A DNA stretch of 64,000 bases from Schizochytrium sp. TIO01 (GCA_004764695.1 SMSO01000004.1:62001-126000); one strand, 5' to 3'; counted from the first letter of the stretch, positions 48,707 to 61,445 are shown. Translations and numbers: made by a program. The notes: generated by a model from the sequence alone, not told the origin.

Positions 48707-51007
48707 ATGAGACGAAGGCGCGATAGAATGTTTGTGGAAGATGGGAAACACAAGGACCTGATCCTCGTTCGCCGTGAGAGCGGCGGCCGAACCTCAGCAG
48801 ACCCGCAAACAAACAACATGGGCTGGCCGCTGCTGTCTGCGCATGACCCCTTACACGGGCCATACCATGAGGAAAACCCAGCCAACTCCCGCGCCACGGC
48901 ATCGCATGTGGCCACAAGTCGCATAAAATTGCGGCGTCATGGGTCTTCATCTTTTCACCTCGGGTTTCTCATTGACGACGGACTCTTGGACGGGCCGGCT
49001 GACATTGCAGAAATTGGCGGCGAGGCTACCCCGCCACCCGCAACGAGCAGTATACATGGAGGAGATCATCACATGATGGACGGCGGCGAGGAGATTGGCT
49101 TCTTCTACCACGCCCCACCCTCATCACAATCGGGGATCCCACCGCAACATTACGTTGACACACAAGGAACAAATCAACATGGAGCGTCAGATCGGATGTC
49201 ACACCAACACCTTGCCAGCAGCGGCGGCGCTAGTAACAATATCAACGATGACATGTCCCACCACCACCATCCTCACCATCTTCAACGCAACGATGACCAT
49301 CGCCACCATGTCTCTCAGCTCCGCGCGCCACGATTACGAACATACCTTTCGGCGCAAGGGCTCACCTTTGGACAATTTCCGCCAAAATCACAATCGCCAA
49401 TGATGATGCAAGACCACCAACACCACCATCATCAAGAGCAACATTTACAACACCACACAGGGCACTTTTACGAAGATCACACCTCGCAGCACCGGCAGCA
49501 AAATGTTCACTCCGCATCTCAAAGCGGAAAGAATGCCCAGCTGCTCCAGCACCACCAGCAACCGCTAGACCATACGCATGACTATTCACGTCCGTTGCAG
49601 TCGCTGGCATCTGTTGAAATGGACCGCCGCATTGAACAACAACACCCTCGGCCACCCATTGACCATTCCGCGCATGAACATACCCGACACTTGGACTCCT
49701 CCGTAATGCAACACGTCAAAAATGAACATACTCCGCATTCCCTGGAAGCTCAACGCGGCCCCGCAAGCTTGCGAAGCACCACGAGCCCAAGCAACATGAA
49801 CAACAATAACAATGCCAGCAGCAATGATAGCATCAGACAACCATCCCCGCGCATCGCGGCGCGGAACCAGTCACATGAATTGTCGGGTGCGTCTACCACG
49901 ACTAGCTCTGATATTGTAGCTACCACTGCAACCTCTCATGGTGCCGATGTTCCGGCACCCCCTACCTCTCGACTTGCCAGCCTTGAAGCCAGCAGCGACG
50001 GCCCGCGTAGAACATCAAGTAAAAGATCTCGTTATGACTATGACGCAGCTTCAGAGCCGCCTGGATCTCCAGAAAGCGCTCGGTCTGCACCAAACGGGAA
50101 TAGTAGCAAAAAGCGCCGTCGCCGTTGGCTTAACTTTGAGGACGAACTGCTTCGTGACAATGTGCAGTCCTTCCTCGATTCTCACAAGCCTGCTGATGAA
50201 AATAGCAAAGTCAAGATCCCATGGAATAAGATTGCACAACTTATTCCTAATCGCAACGCAAAGCAATGCCGCGATCGTTGGCAAGCTATGCGTAACCCCA
50301 ATAATAAGCGTGAGTGGACCATGGAGGATGATCTGTGCTTACTGCGGCTTCAAAAACGTTTTAGCAACCGCTGGGTGCGGATTGCGGCTGCATTTCCGGA
50401 TCGCAACGATAACATGGTTAAGTCACGCTTCCGCGTTCTGAGCAAGCTCAACATTACACCTGAACACATTGCCGCACAAATTGATCGTTGCAACGCAACA
50501 AAGCAAGCTCGGCGCTCATCGTCTACTGCTGCAGATGCGCACTACTATCATCCAAGTCAAGTGCAGCAGCAGCAGCAGCAGCAACAATCATATCAGCAAG
50601 CACTCCACCCTTCAGTATCATCTATGCCACCCCCTGTGCCTCACTCCCACTCCGCAAGTTCATCAATTTCGTCAAGTTCGTCTTCCTCCCCAACATGGAC
50701 ATCGCCTCCTGCTGTTGCAAATGCTACCAACGTGTCAGTTACAGAAATGTCGCCGGCCTCGCGCCCTCCCATTGTTGAACATAGGACAGGAGCTAGTGCG
50801 AGAAATGCGCCATCCCATCATCATTCTCAACAGCAGCAGCAACATAGCCACCATCATAATGGTCACCCCGTTGAAAAGGGGGCCATGAGACCTCCCATGC
50901 TGCCATCGCAACAACATCAACAAGGCCATCAACGAACACAGCAGCAGCAACAACAACCACCCCGCGAGACAGATCTCGCAGAGTGGTGTTCCATTCTCTT
51001 AGATTGA
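48707..51007 (+). CDS. MYB transcription factor with two Myb/SANT repeats (R2R3-like) and His/Gln-rich low-complexity flanks; start codon uncertain
   Basis: KKRRRRW..FEDELL...PWNKIAQLIPNRNAKQCRDRW, then WTMEDDLCLL....FSNRWVRIAAAFPDRNDNMVKSRF. Alternative ATGs at 48728 and 48818. Confidence 0.92.
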   Translation: MRRRRDRMFVEDGKHKDLILVRRESGGRTSADPQTNNMGWPLLSAHDPLHGPYHEENPANSRATASHVATSRIKLRRHGSSSFHLGFLIDDGLLDGPADIAEIGGEATPPPATSSIHGGDHHMMDGGEEIGFFYHAPPSSQSGIPPQHYVDTQGTNQHGASDRMSHQHLASSGGASNNINDDMSHHHHPHHLQRNDDHRHHVSQLRAPRLRTYLSAQGLTFGQFPPKSQSPMMMQDHQHHHHQEQHLQHHTGHFYEDHTSQHRQQNVHSASQSGKNAQLLQHHQQPLDHTHDYSRPLQSLASVEMDRRIEQQHPRPPIDHSAHEHTRHLDSSVMQHVKNEHTPHSLEAQRGPASLRSTTSPSNMNNNNNASSNDSIRQPSPRIAARNQSHELSGASTTTSSDIVATTATSHGADVPAPPTSRLASLEASSDGPRRTSSKRSRYDYDAASEPPGSPESARSAPNGNSSKKRRRRWLNFEDELLRDNVQSFLDSHKPADENSKVKIPWNKIAQLIPNRNAKQCRDRWQAMRNPNNKREWTMEDDLCLLRLQKRFSNRWVRIAAAFPDRNDNMVKSRFRVLSKLNITPEHIAAQIDRCNATKQARRSSSTAADAHYYHPSQVQQQQQQQQSYQQALHPSVSSMPPPVPHSHSASSSISSSSSSSPTWTSPPAVANATNVSVTEMSPASRPPIVEHRTGASARNAPSHHHSQQQQQHSHHHNGHPVEKGAMRPPMLPSQQHQQGHQRTQQQQQQPPRETDLAEWCSILLD

Positions 51008-51309
51008 CTCGCAGTCAATTTCTACTTTTGCATCATTATAGTGAACTCGATTACCTTCAAATTCAAGGAAAATGCCTCTATTCTACCTTTTCTTCTTCTC
51101 CTTCTTCTTCTCTGCATTCACCAATCCTTTACATTTTTGATATCCCAACAGAATCTTTTAAAACACAAAACAAACAAAGCGAATTTTTCAAGCAAACGAG
51201 TCGTTCGACATGATCTGATATTTTTATAGAAACGTCAAGGAATTATTTCTCCAAAACATTGTTGCATTTAACAAGGAAGTAGATCTCTACACGTAGTTTT
51301 AAAGGAATA

Positions 51310-52450
51310 CAACCTTTGCGCATATGCAGCATGATAAGGCGAGGTGAATACAAATCTGATGTTCAGTGACAACAACCTTGATGTATATGAAGCATGACAA
51401 GGCACGGTGGATGTAAATCTGATGTTCACTTTGCAGTGACCACAAGTCATCTTTAAGAATTTCTTTTTTCAAACATTATAATGTATTAGCAAGTATCTAT
51501 TTACCTGTTTGCCAGTGGTTTGAAAAGATATTGATCTGTGCACATAGAGATATAACTCCACAGATGTACCACTTCCTCTCGAAAAAAAATCCATGAACAT
51601 TTTCAGCCCGTTACCAAGGATCTCAAAATCTACAAGTGGTTCATGATGAGTGTACCCTTAGCATGTGTGAAGGCAAGAAAAGGCAATCTGCAATATGAAT
51701 CGAATGTTCAAGTTAAAGTGGCCACAAGCTTTCTCCAAGAACTTCAATCTTTGGAATCTTGCAGTCTATCAACAATTACCTAGGAACCTATCTGCCAGTG
51801 GTTTTAAAAAAAACTACTTTTCAAGTGAAGACTATGTGCGGCGCACGCCGATATCTGGTTTCAACCCCATAGAGATGTCAAGTTTTATCCCAGAATTCCT
51901 TGCTCTTTTTCTTTTTTACATTTTTAGTATGTCAGGAAGCATCTACATATCTACAAATCGTTTACAACTTTCAGATATGCGCAAGGCAAGACAAGGTAAG
52001 CTGTGATTTCAACTCCACAGAGGCATCAAATTCTCACCAAGAATTCCTCTTTTTGGATTGTACTCCTACCCAGGCACCTATCTGCAAGTGGTTCGAAAGA
52101 AATTAGCTTTGTACAACGGGTGCGACTCGCAACAAATTTGTCTTAAACTCCGTAAACAAGTCACATACTAAACACAGAAAGGATTTTATACAAATTCTCT
52201 TTGCCAAGATATTCCTTTTTGTCCACAAGTATCTATCCACAAGCACTAGGTAGACACCTAGCAAATGACTTCAGATCAAAATGAGGCATATGACAAAATT
52301 CGATATCACTGTATCGTGTCGTCAAGTTCCCTCAGAACTCTTCTCTAACTCAAATACTGTGTGTCTACAGATGGTTCCATTGTCCAGACGTATGTGGTTT
52401 GGCAAGACGCATGACAAGATCTGACTCGTCTTACACTTACAGTGCTCTCT
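51310..52450. repeat. Highly degenerate tandem repeat with ~280-310 bp period
   Basis: gc(c/a)agtggtt..aaa at 51511, 51794 and 52084. aag(g)ca(t/a)ga(c/a)aagg at 51390, 51670 and 51983. A 63-bp local duplication at 51329/51392. Confidence 0.55.
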
Positions 52451-55400
52451 CAAGAATCACTTGCAAATGTTTCTGCCTATCATGTAATCTAGCAGCGAGT
52501 ACGAATTGGTATGAGTTGGACCAAAGCAACGCAAACATTGTATGAACAGCCATTCATCGTTTTGCGAAGCTTTTAAACAGACGACATAAACTCAAGTACA
52601 TGATACAAGACTAATAATAACATGGGGAGGTTACTATTTGCAGCCAAGAGAATCACAAGGGCAAGGTACGTCCAACTAGAGAGTATATAACCTACGTGAA
52701 GACATCACCAAAAGAATTTGGAGATATGTCTTGAAGCAAGTCAAATAATGAAGGACCAAGAAGGCTCAGTTCATATGAGCAAAAAAATCAAGCGTAGGGA
52801 GGAGGGATACTTCCATGGGAAAGCAGTAGCCCGCCAAGTGAATAAATATAAACAAGCAACCGGAAATGGGCTCCCAGATCCAGCCAAGCATTAAAAGACG
52901 TCCTGAAACCTTGCAGAGAGTAGCCTGGCAGTAGATACAAAAGAACACATCACAATGATAAAGAAGCTTGCTACGATAGTTTTCCTTTCGACATCGATGG
53001 CATGTTCATGTGTATCTACTCCCCGGGTACAAGTGCTTAGATTAATTCTCTGCCGTGGGCACGTAGCATTGATGCTGTCTGTTTTTCGATAATTAAGAGT
53101 TGGCAACCAGTTAGTCAAAACTATTCCTATCAATCATTTTGTACTCACACCCTTTCATTCTTCCGTTGCTCACAAGAGCCTGGTCAAGTGGATATTATCC
53201 TATAAGATGCCACAAGACTAATTATTTGGTCTTCAAATTGAATATAGCAAGCATGACGCCACTTAACCTGTTCAGGCCAAGCACAATTCGCGCACAACTT
53301 GCAACTCTTTTGCTCTCCGACCTGACTGTCCGAAGCCGTGGGTATCAGCTTAGCCAGTGAGCTTGACAAATAGGAGAGCGTATACGACCAAATAAATAAA
53401 GAGAGAGAAACCCCTTCCCCAACGGCGCCTTTCAAGCCAAGTTACTTCATGTTTGCTCCTCATCTCAGAGAGGCAGCATCTTCACTCGACTCAAGGTCCC
53501 GCTCCTCACAAAAACCCAACCCCCACCTTTGCTTGGCTGCTTCAAGAGCAAGCTGACAATTGCACGTACCTCGGCCCCAAGTTGCCTTTGGTTTGTTCCA
53601 GCGCAAACAGTTGCGAGTTTGCTTGAGCGGATTTGCATCGCTGCGCTTCAAGTAAGTCCATCGCCACGTATTCTGTCCTGTGGATCTTTGGCCCTCCAAG
53701 TGCTTCACAGCCATCCACTTAGATCTTAGCAGATCGTCTAAGGACTGCAAAAGAAGGGTTTCAAAGTTATTGGACCGCGTGAAGACAGACGGGGGGGGTT
53801 CTCCTCTCCACAAGAACAGGTGTTATCCACACGCACTCCCTGGAGTTGACACTACGTCAGTGATACTGATCGTAGCAAAAGCTATGGAATGCTAACACTG
53901 TTGAAGGTACGCTCGACAGTGAAGGACGACTTAGGATGAAGCTGGTGGGGGAAGTGGGATATTCAACGGGGGCTTGGAATAGAGAATTGCAACAGCGAAA
54001 TTACTTTAAATTAAAATAGGTGGGGCTTGTTTGTGAATGTACCGGGTTATTGACGTTTCCCGTAGTTATGATTGTATTTAAGCCGCTCGCACAATTCTTG
54101 ATGTATCATTAATATTATAGTTTCAGTCAGCCGTAGCAAGACTTTAAAGAGTAGCTACAGTTTTTAGTTTTGAGCAAAATCAATAGCATAATATAGCAAA
54201 CTGCCTGCATTTCAGGTAATCAGAAGCTTTATAAGATTGACCAACAAACATGTTTTGTCTTCTCTTTCAGGCTGAGAAAACTGCGTTCTATTCTCCTACT
54301 TCGCACAGAAAATAAATGGTCAACTTTGGCGCTCACAAAAACTCTCAATCACATGAATTGTTTTAGTCATGTACACATTTGGTGCCGGCTTCAAGAAAAG
54401 TTCGTCCATCAAGAGCTCTAGCAAAATGCAAAATGACTAAGGGTAAGATATTTTTTTTAATCTACATGACACGATTGGATCTTTGAATCTTTACAAAGGT
54501 TGAGTACGTCACTTATACTCGCGTACGCAATAGAACAAAACATGGCAACCGCGACGGCGACCTTGCATTTTTCTTGTAAAAAGCTGAAAATGAGGCATCT
54601 TGCGGCTTCTATATCTAGAGGTTTCCGGACCCAGATCGCGCATCTGTGACAAAATTTAGGGTTTATATAGTTGCTATTACTTTACTAAGAGAATTGAACT
54701 TGGGGAATTTGGCTGGATGAGTAAAAGCTTACTGATAGACATTCTTAGGTTTTAAATTAAAATCTATGTATGGTCAAGAACCTCGTGCACGGACCTCCGG
54801 TAACAGTAAAACTGGAATGAGGGTTGTGCTTTAATATAAGCTTATACCCAAACACAAAGGGAAATAGGAGATACTTACTACACTTTCCATTTATTTTTCA
54901 CATGGTCTTTTTGATAAAACGTTCGAGCAAAACTTTCTTATTCTTGTGTTGCCTATAAAAATAAAAAAGAAGTTAAACAAAGCAATCAAAAGCACAGAAA
55001 AACTGAAAGCAAATTGCCCCGAGCTCTCTGGATTCCTTTGATGACGACATCCTTCTTCGTGGAAAGGTCAAGCAGAAGAGCAGTTAGTATCGATTCAATT
55101 TGAGGTTCGCAAACCAATAGCACTTTCAATGATGACCGCGATACTAAGATAGAAGATGACCTTGAGCAGCTTCTCTTGAAAGTTAGGAAAACAACACGTC
55201 AAAACCAACAGCGAAAACTTACTAGCCCCTGAAATTCGACACAGACGATACATAGATGCGAACTCCTTCATTCTGAAAAGCCCCCGCTTTCCCTAAATAT
55301 CTGCGGTTGTCTCGCTTACTGACTCCAAATTCACGGGGCCTTTCAATGGGGTCATGGAAATAACAAAGTGGGGACACAGAGCGCCTTGAAGAAGTCATTC

Positions 55401-56774
55401 GACGCTGCCAGCACAAAACGTGGCGTGTAGTATCAGCAACGTCGGCATCCTCTCCTCTCCCCAAGCATGCTGAGCGATCCAAACCCTCAAGCCTCAGCAC
55501 CCGGTCTCCATCACGACCATCTATCAACACAGAGTCCACATGCCAAATTTGCTGCCTAAGCTACTACCAAACGAAGGCAAGAACCGCTCGTCAAAGAGGA
55601 CCATAAGGGGTCACACGAGTTTTCCATAAGCCGCACTTTGTGCCAGCCGCGAGAACTTTCAATCTCTCACGTGTATCCAATATCTGACCTCCTCAATGAA
55701 ACTCTGAGCGATGGAACTCCGCTTCATATCTAGCCCACCCCTTGCGGACGCCGATACTTCGCGTCGCGTCGGAACTGCAGAGCAGTGCCTGCCTGGCCAG
55801 GTACGTCAGCGTATGCCTTTGGTTGTTTGTTATTTGTGTTCTCCGACGCCATGAGAGTCGTGAAGATGTCTTTCCTTTTTCTTTAGAAGCAGAATCCAAA
55901 ACGAAAGAACCAATAGATAGGCGACTTTCCTTCAGCCCCCTCGATGACCGCATCGAGGCAGCCGCGTTCGAAAGCGCATGTTGGCGAGGCTTGGACTGAT
56001 CGCAGCCTCCTAAACCCACGCTCGCTTGAATGAATAAACGTCCATTCTGAAGTCTCACGAATTATCATGGAGCCCCATCTTAAGAACGTTCCGTTCTTCT
56101 TCGCGCTTCAGTTCTCATCCATATTTTTCTGTTTTGCAAAAATCGTTGCATCGTCATTGGCCATGAAAGGCAAACAAACCGATACGCCACGGACTCCGTG
56201 GCATACGTTCTCGATGATACGCTGGACCAGCTTGGACCGGTCTTCTCCGGAGCTCGAGGGAGAGCTCAGCGAGGAGGTGGCTCCTCACGGAAAGCGGGTT
56301 CTGGTTTTGTGCCCGGATTTGTAACAACTGAGATGGAGAAAACAAAAACCGGAAAAATCGTCCCATCTGTTCGCTATGTGAGTCTTAGTCGCTGTGAAAG
56401 AGGACGTAAAATGCTCATCGATTGATTGTTATTATTTCTTTATTTCGATCAACGTTGTTTGTTTGTTTGTTTGTACTTACTTACTTATTGGAAAAGGCGG
56501 AACTAAGTTGGAAAACGAAGATCTTCAGAACTGATTGAGCATCGATCGTGAATTCGAAGGATCCATCGCGACGGCAGCAAAACCCGAATCGGACAAGGCT
56601 CTAGAGGTGAGGAGAGGCGAGGTGAGGTAAGGCAGTACCGCGTAGAGAGAGAGAGCGAAGGAAGGCTTTTTTATAGGTCCGCTGGGACATTGGCACTGGC
56701 ATCGGCAGCGAGCAGGGTTGGGTTCGTGAAGAAAACTTGGAGTTCTTTGGGTTAACTTGACAAAGGGAACCAAG

Positions 56775-58184
56775 ATGAAGAGCTTTGTTCGCAACAACGC
56801 GCAGAACCTTCTGCGCGCACAGAAACCATCATCGTTTGCAGCGCGCTGGAATCCGGCGGGAGTAGAGAGCGCTCGCAATTTTGGGTGGAACGCACAGGAA
56901 GAGCGCGAAGCTCAGGAAGATCTCCAACAGCGTATCGAGTCTGAAGATCCATCGGCGCAGCGTACAAGCCTTAACCTCAAGGTTCGCCACCAGACCGGTG
57001 CACTTGAGAATGTGCTTCGCCTGTTTTGGAAGTACGATCTCAACCTCACCCGCATTGAGTCACGGCCTTCTATGTTCGACAGGAACCGCTTCGAGATTGA
57101 CATTGACTTCGAAGGTCCCGCAGATCAGCCTGGAGTGAAATCTATCATGTCCAAGCTCGAATCCTCCTGCGAAGATGTACGTTTGAGCGACCCTGTGATT
57201 GTGCCTTGGTTCCCAATGCACATCAGCGACCTTGACTCCTTTTCACAGAAAACCCTGGACGCAGGAGCTGAACTCGAGTCTGATCACCCAGGTTTCTCTG
57301 ATAAAGTGTACCGCCAGCGTCGTGAAATGATTGTCGCCAACGCTGGAAGCTACCGCTATGGTCAGGAAATCCCTCGCGTGGAGTACAGCGAAGACGAAAT
57401 CAAGACCTGGGGTGCAGTCTACCGCCGTCTTAAAGAAAACTTTCCCAAGCATGCTTGCCAGGAATATATTGACGTTATTGCCAAGCTTGAGAAGGAGGTT
57501 GGCTTTGGCGAAGACAACATTCCACAACAGCAGGACGTCTCGGAGTTCCTCAAGCGCTCAACTGGATTCCAGCTGCGCCCCGTCGCTGGTCTTCTGTCTG
57601 CTCGTGACTTTCTGAATGCATTAGCCTTCAAGACCTTTTTCTCGACGCAATACATTCGTCACCACTCCATGCCGCTCTACACCCCGGAGCCCGATGTTGT
57701 GCACGAGCTCATGGGCCATGCTCCTTTGCTTGCCAACCCTGACTTTGCTGAGCTTAGCCAAACCTATGGTATCGCTTCCCTTGGAGCAAGCGACCGTGAC
57801 ATTGAGCGCCTTGCGACCTGCTACTGGTTTACTATCGAGTTCGGCCTTTACCGCAGCGGTGAAGAGGTCAAGGCGTACGGTGCTGGTCTTTTGTCCTCCT
57901 TTGGTGAGCTTGAGTATTCATGTGGCCCAAAAGAAGCCGGGGAAGCCAAGCCTGAGCTTCTTCCCTGGGACCCTGCGGTCGCAGCTGAGACCGAATACCC
58001 CATCACTACGTACCAGCCCAAGTACTTTGTTGCAGAGTCTCTCCAGGATGCCACTGACAAACTCAAGGACTTTGGAGAGCGCCAGATTGTACGCCCCTTC
58101 CGTGTTTCCTACCTCCCCGAAGAGCAGCGAGTGCAGTGTGACCGTAATGTTGCTCGCGTGCGCTACAACCCGGATGCTGAGTAA
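56775..58184 (+). CDS. PAH: Phenylalanine-4-hydroxylase (biopterin-dependent aromatic amino acid hydroxylase with ACT domain)
   Basis: ACT motifs GALENVL and NLTRIESRPS. Catalytic motifs VPWFP, DHPGFSD, RPVAGLLSARDFL, STQYIRH, YTPEPDVVHELMGH (Fe ligands), YWFTIEFG, AYGAGLLSSFGEL, YQPKYFV. Confidence 0.95.
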   Translation: MKSFVRNNAQNLLRAQKPSSFAARWNPAGVESARNFGWNAQEEREAQEDLQQRIESEDPSAQRTSLNLKVRHQTGALENVLRLFWKYDLNLTRIESRPSMFDRNRFEIDIDFEGPADQPGVKSIMSKLESSCEDVRLSDPVIVPWFPMHISDLDSFSQKTLDAGAELESDHPGFSDKVYRQRREMIVANAGSYRYGQEIPRVEYSEDEIKTWGAVYRRLKENFPKHACQEYIDVIAKLEKEVGFGEDNIPQQQDVSEFLKRSTGFQLRPVAGLLSARDFLNALAFKTFFSTQYIRHHSMPLYTPEPDVVHELMGHAPLLANPDFAELSQTYGIASLGASDRDIERLATCYWFTIEFGLYRSGEEVKAYGAGLLSSFGELEYSCGPKEAGEAKPELLPWDPAVAAETEYPITTYQPKYFVAESLQDATDKLKDFGERQIVRPFRVSYLPEEQRVQCDRNVARVRYNPDAE

Positions 58185-59515
58185 TTTAACCCATTTGTAG
58201 CAGTTTATTATGCATATCTGTTGTACGGTTACCTTCATCCCCTGGAGTACTCCCTTCCTCATGTTAGCAAGAGTATGTCTAGTTTGACCTTCATTTATCC
58301 TGTTTTAACCATTCTTTATATTTTTCTCTCCCAAGCTTACAATACATCCTTCCATTCGTTTGACAGGATTTAATGTACAGAAAAAGTATGCGTCATCGAA
58401 TTATTGAGCGCCTCTATTGTGGTGTAAGAGACATTCCGTTTTTTTATTGGACTTGGCGGCTTTCCCAAAACTTTGCTCGCCCTTCTCTGAAGCGAAGTCT
58501 TGGAGTTTGTAATACCGGGGGGGGGGGAGAGAGAGAGCTGCCTGGGAATTTGAGAGTCATGAATTCGTCCAGGAAGATGTTTGATATTTTCCATTCAACC
58601 CTTCACGGCCGGATACAAATGACAAGAAGTTTTAACTATACGGCGAGCTGCCTAAAACTTCAAAAGGTTGCTTATGGAGGACTCCAGGCACAACCGAAGT
58701 GTCAAAAGTATCTTTGTATAACAAGAATTAATTCATATGATTTGCAAAATTTGTTTCTTTCGGTAATGGTTTCTTAGTGGCCCAAATCAGGAGAGCTCAC
58801 GAGATTAAAAGATTCGTCAGAGCTGAGACGAACTCAAATTGATGTGTTTTTTTATTTCTTTTTCTTTTTTTTCAGATACTGAAGAACGGTTCTCCCCACC
58901 TTGTCTGTAAAACCCCTGCGAGTCTCTTACACAGCATTCGTCCGCTATAAAGCCAACGTAATTCTTGTCAGGGTGGGATAGTACAGTCTAGCCAGCTTTT
59001 GTTTTAATTTTGTTTTGCAATAAGTAAGCATCAGGGTAATGACTCAGGAAGTAGTTGCTGGTTGGTCACATCATAACCGTCTTGGTTATTTTCGCTTGGT
59101 TTCAAGGTCGTTTCCTAACATAGGGCAGTCGCACTCAAATAAAAACTCAAGCAAATAGTAATGACCTGGAGAACGAAGCACATCCATCAAAATGGTTCGA
59201 AATACCCCAAAAAACGTGCACGAAAGAACCGACCAACAACACCACCCCGGAAGCCTAGCAACCCGAACTCTATCCCGATATCAACCATCATCCTCAATGC
59301 CCTAGATCTGCACGATTATTATTCATCTCAATCCCAAAGCACATTTATTGTCTCAAGATGTCCCAAATATGATCGGCATCAATAGGAACTTCGTATAATT
59401 TGATCTCCTCAAACGTGCCCTAAGTAAACTCAATTCGAATTTACAGTAGAGCTTGCATCTCGATAAAGATCAGTTCAGAAGGGCTTAGAGATTTCTGGTA
59501 TAAATTTGAAGAGGT

Positions 59516-59836
59516 TTATGCACTGGCACGAGTCTTGGCTGCGACGGCCTTGACCTCCTTCTCAATCTCAAGAGATCTGTTGGTGTCGAGTCCGATCTGC
59601 TTCTGGATGCGCTCCATGTTGGAGCGGACGCTCATGAGCGCCTCGTCGCGGGACTTCTCCACGAGCACATCGCCTACAAGGCGGTAGCACTGGCGCTCTC
59701 CGTTGAGGCTGTCAAGAACCTCGGCGGCCACGATGTGCTCGCGCTCCTCGGCCTCCAGCTGCGCCACGCGATTCCGGAGCATTTGCGCCTCGTTGGCAAG
59801 CTTCTCAAACTCTGCGCGAACTGCGTTGGGGTCCAT
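59516..59836 (-). CDS. PFDN2: Prefoldin subunit 2 (beta-type prefoldin)
   Basis: 106 aa. Coiled coil - LEAEEREH..V...L..ERQCYRLVGDVLVEK - coiled coil. Confidence 0.85.
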   Translation of the reverse strand: MDPNAVRAEFEKLANEAQMLRNRVAQLEAEEREHIVAAEVLDSLNGERQCYRLVGDVLVEKSRDEALMSVRSNMERIQKQIGLDTNRSLEIEKEVKAVAAKTRASA

Positions 59837-61068
59837 CTTCTCAGGTTCTTCTCAAATGTCGTAACCTCAAACTTTCCCAGGTCAACTCGATCTTCGTCGC
59901 GGTTTTGGAGCCCAAATCCTCGCAACTGAAGCGTTGTTGATTTCTCGTTTATCCTGTATTTTGTACTCATTGATTCATAGGCACAGATCAAGGAACAAAA
60001 CCACCTCTATTCTTCATTTACTCTCCTATAGCCTACTTTATGGCCATTCTATACTCCACTTTCCGCTCCTTTAGACCCACTTACGAGTGTTTCCACAAAG
60101 AGAACTATTCCGCCACAAGTGAAAAGCTGTTGAGAGGGGGTCCCACGGTTTACACTATATAGACCCTAGCGACGCTTTAGACGTTGCGGGCTTCGGAGAC
60201 CTTCTTTGATGGTGTGACTTTTTGCCTAAATTGTCTGACGTGCGCATTCTTAGCGCTCTCTATGAAACAACCTCTAACAATATATGAGGGGGGTGTCTTA
60301 AACGTAAACATCTGTTTAAATTTTGTTTGAACCAGATGGTAGTAGTAATATCTACTTTACTATAAGTGTCAAAAGAACAGGGTGATGTACTCTGTAACTT
60401 AAGGCGAGCGTTGACGGAAGCATACGGTATAATAAACTCTGTAGTACACCCCTTTCAAAAAAAAATATGTTTCGTTCTTTGAACATAATATGTACAACTT
60501 ACTCATCTAGGGCATTGAAGAAGTCTATTGAGGAGTATATAAATACTTAATGCTATTTTCTGCAAAACATAGTGGTGTTTAAGTCATATAGTACACTATT
60601 CTACGTTTAGTCGACACGTTTAAGCTTTATAAAAGAACAGTTATTGCAGCTCCAAACTTCAGCTTCATAGACAAGTACACATGGATAGTCACGGATCATA
60701 GGGCATCGTATACAATTTATAAAGATTAGTATATGTTTTACACCGTCACTTTGAACCATCATAAATGAGATAATTAATTAATACAAGATATACATTATTA
60801 TGGATGATTAAGATTCGATAAACTGAACTTGTAGCTAGAGTTAAAACCAAAATATTGAGTCGAATTAAAGCACCAAAAGAAACTTTTTACCGCGGCTGTT
60901 CCACTGGTGTTCTTGAACAGCTATACTATTAGTTATGGACAATGTTCTACTTATACATACTGTTCCTCTTTAGCGCTTCAATATTACTTACGAACTTTGT
61001 TCTACTCGTGCATGCTCTTCCTATTGAACTTTATACTACTATTTATTTACTTTTAAAATTAAGACGTG

Positions 61069-61303
61069 TTATTGATACTGTTCTTCTCAAACTATATGTT
61101 ATTACTTTACAGATTAATCTTATTGCTAATTTCAAACTTTAAGCTTTACCTAATGCTATTCTCAGTGTTTTTCATTGGGGGTTTATTGATACTGTTCTTC
61201 TCAAACTTTATGCTTAACCTTATCTTAGCGTTTTTCTTAGTGTTATTAATACTGTTCTTCATTGAGTGTTTATTGATATTGTTCTTCTCAAACTTTATGC
61301 TCA
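61069..61303. repeat. Irregularly spaced ~30-bp direct repeats in an AT-rich tract
   Basis: ttattgataYtgttcttctcaaactWtatg at 61069, 61183 and 61270, with a partial copy at 61243. Confidence 0.85.
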
Positions 61304-61445
61304 CGGACTGGGAGGATCTAGAACGACAATAACATCTTCTGCTGTGATGATCTCCTTGTCAGGGGTCAAGGTAAATTTTCAGTAATAATAATCAATTGCA
61401 AAAACAAAAATAAAACTTATTAATCAAATAATAATCATTTGCCTC

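Noticed and set aside
60153-60165. CACTA transposon terminus (CACTATATAG)
   Set aside because: No matching inverted terminus or transposase was found in the window.
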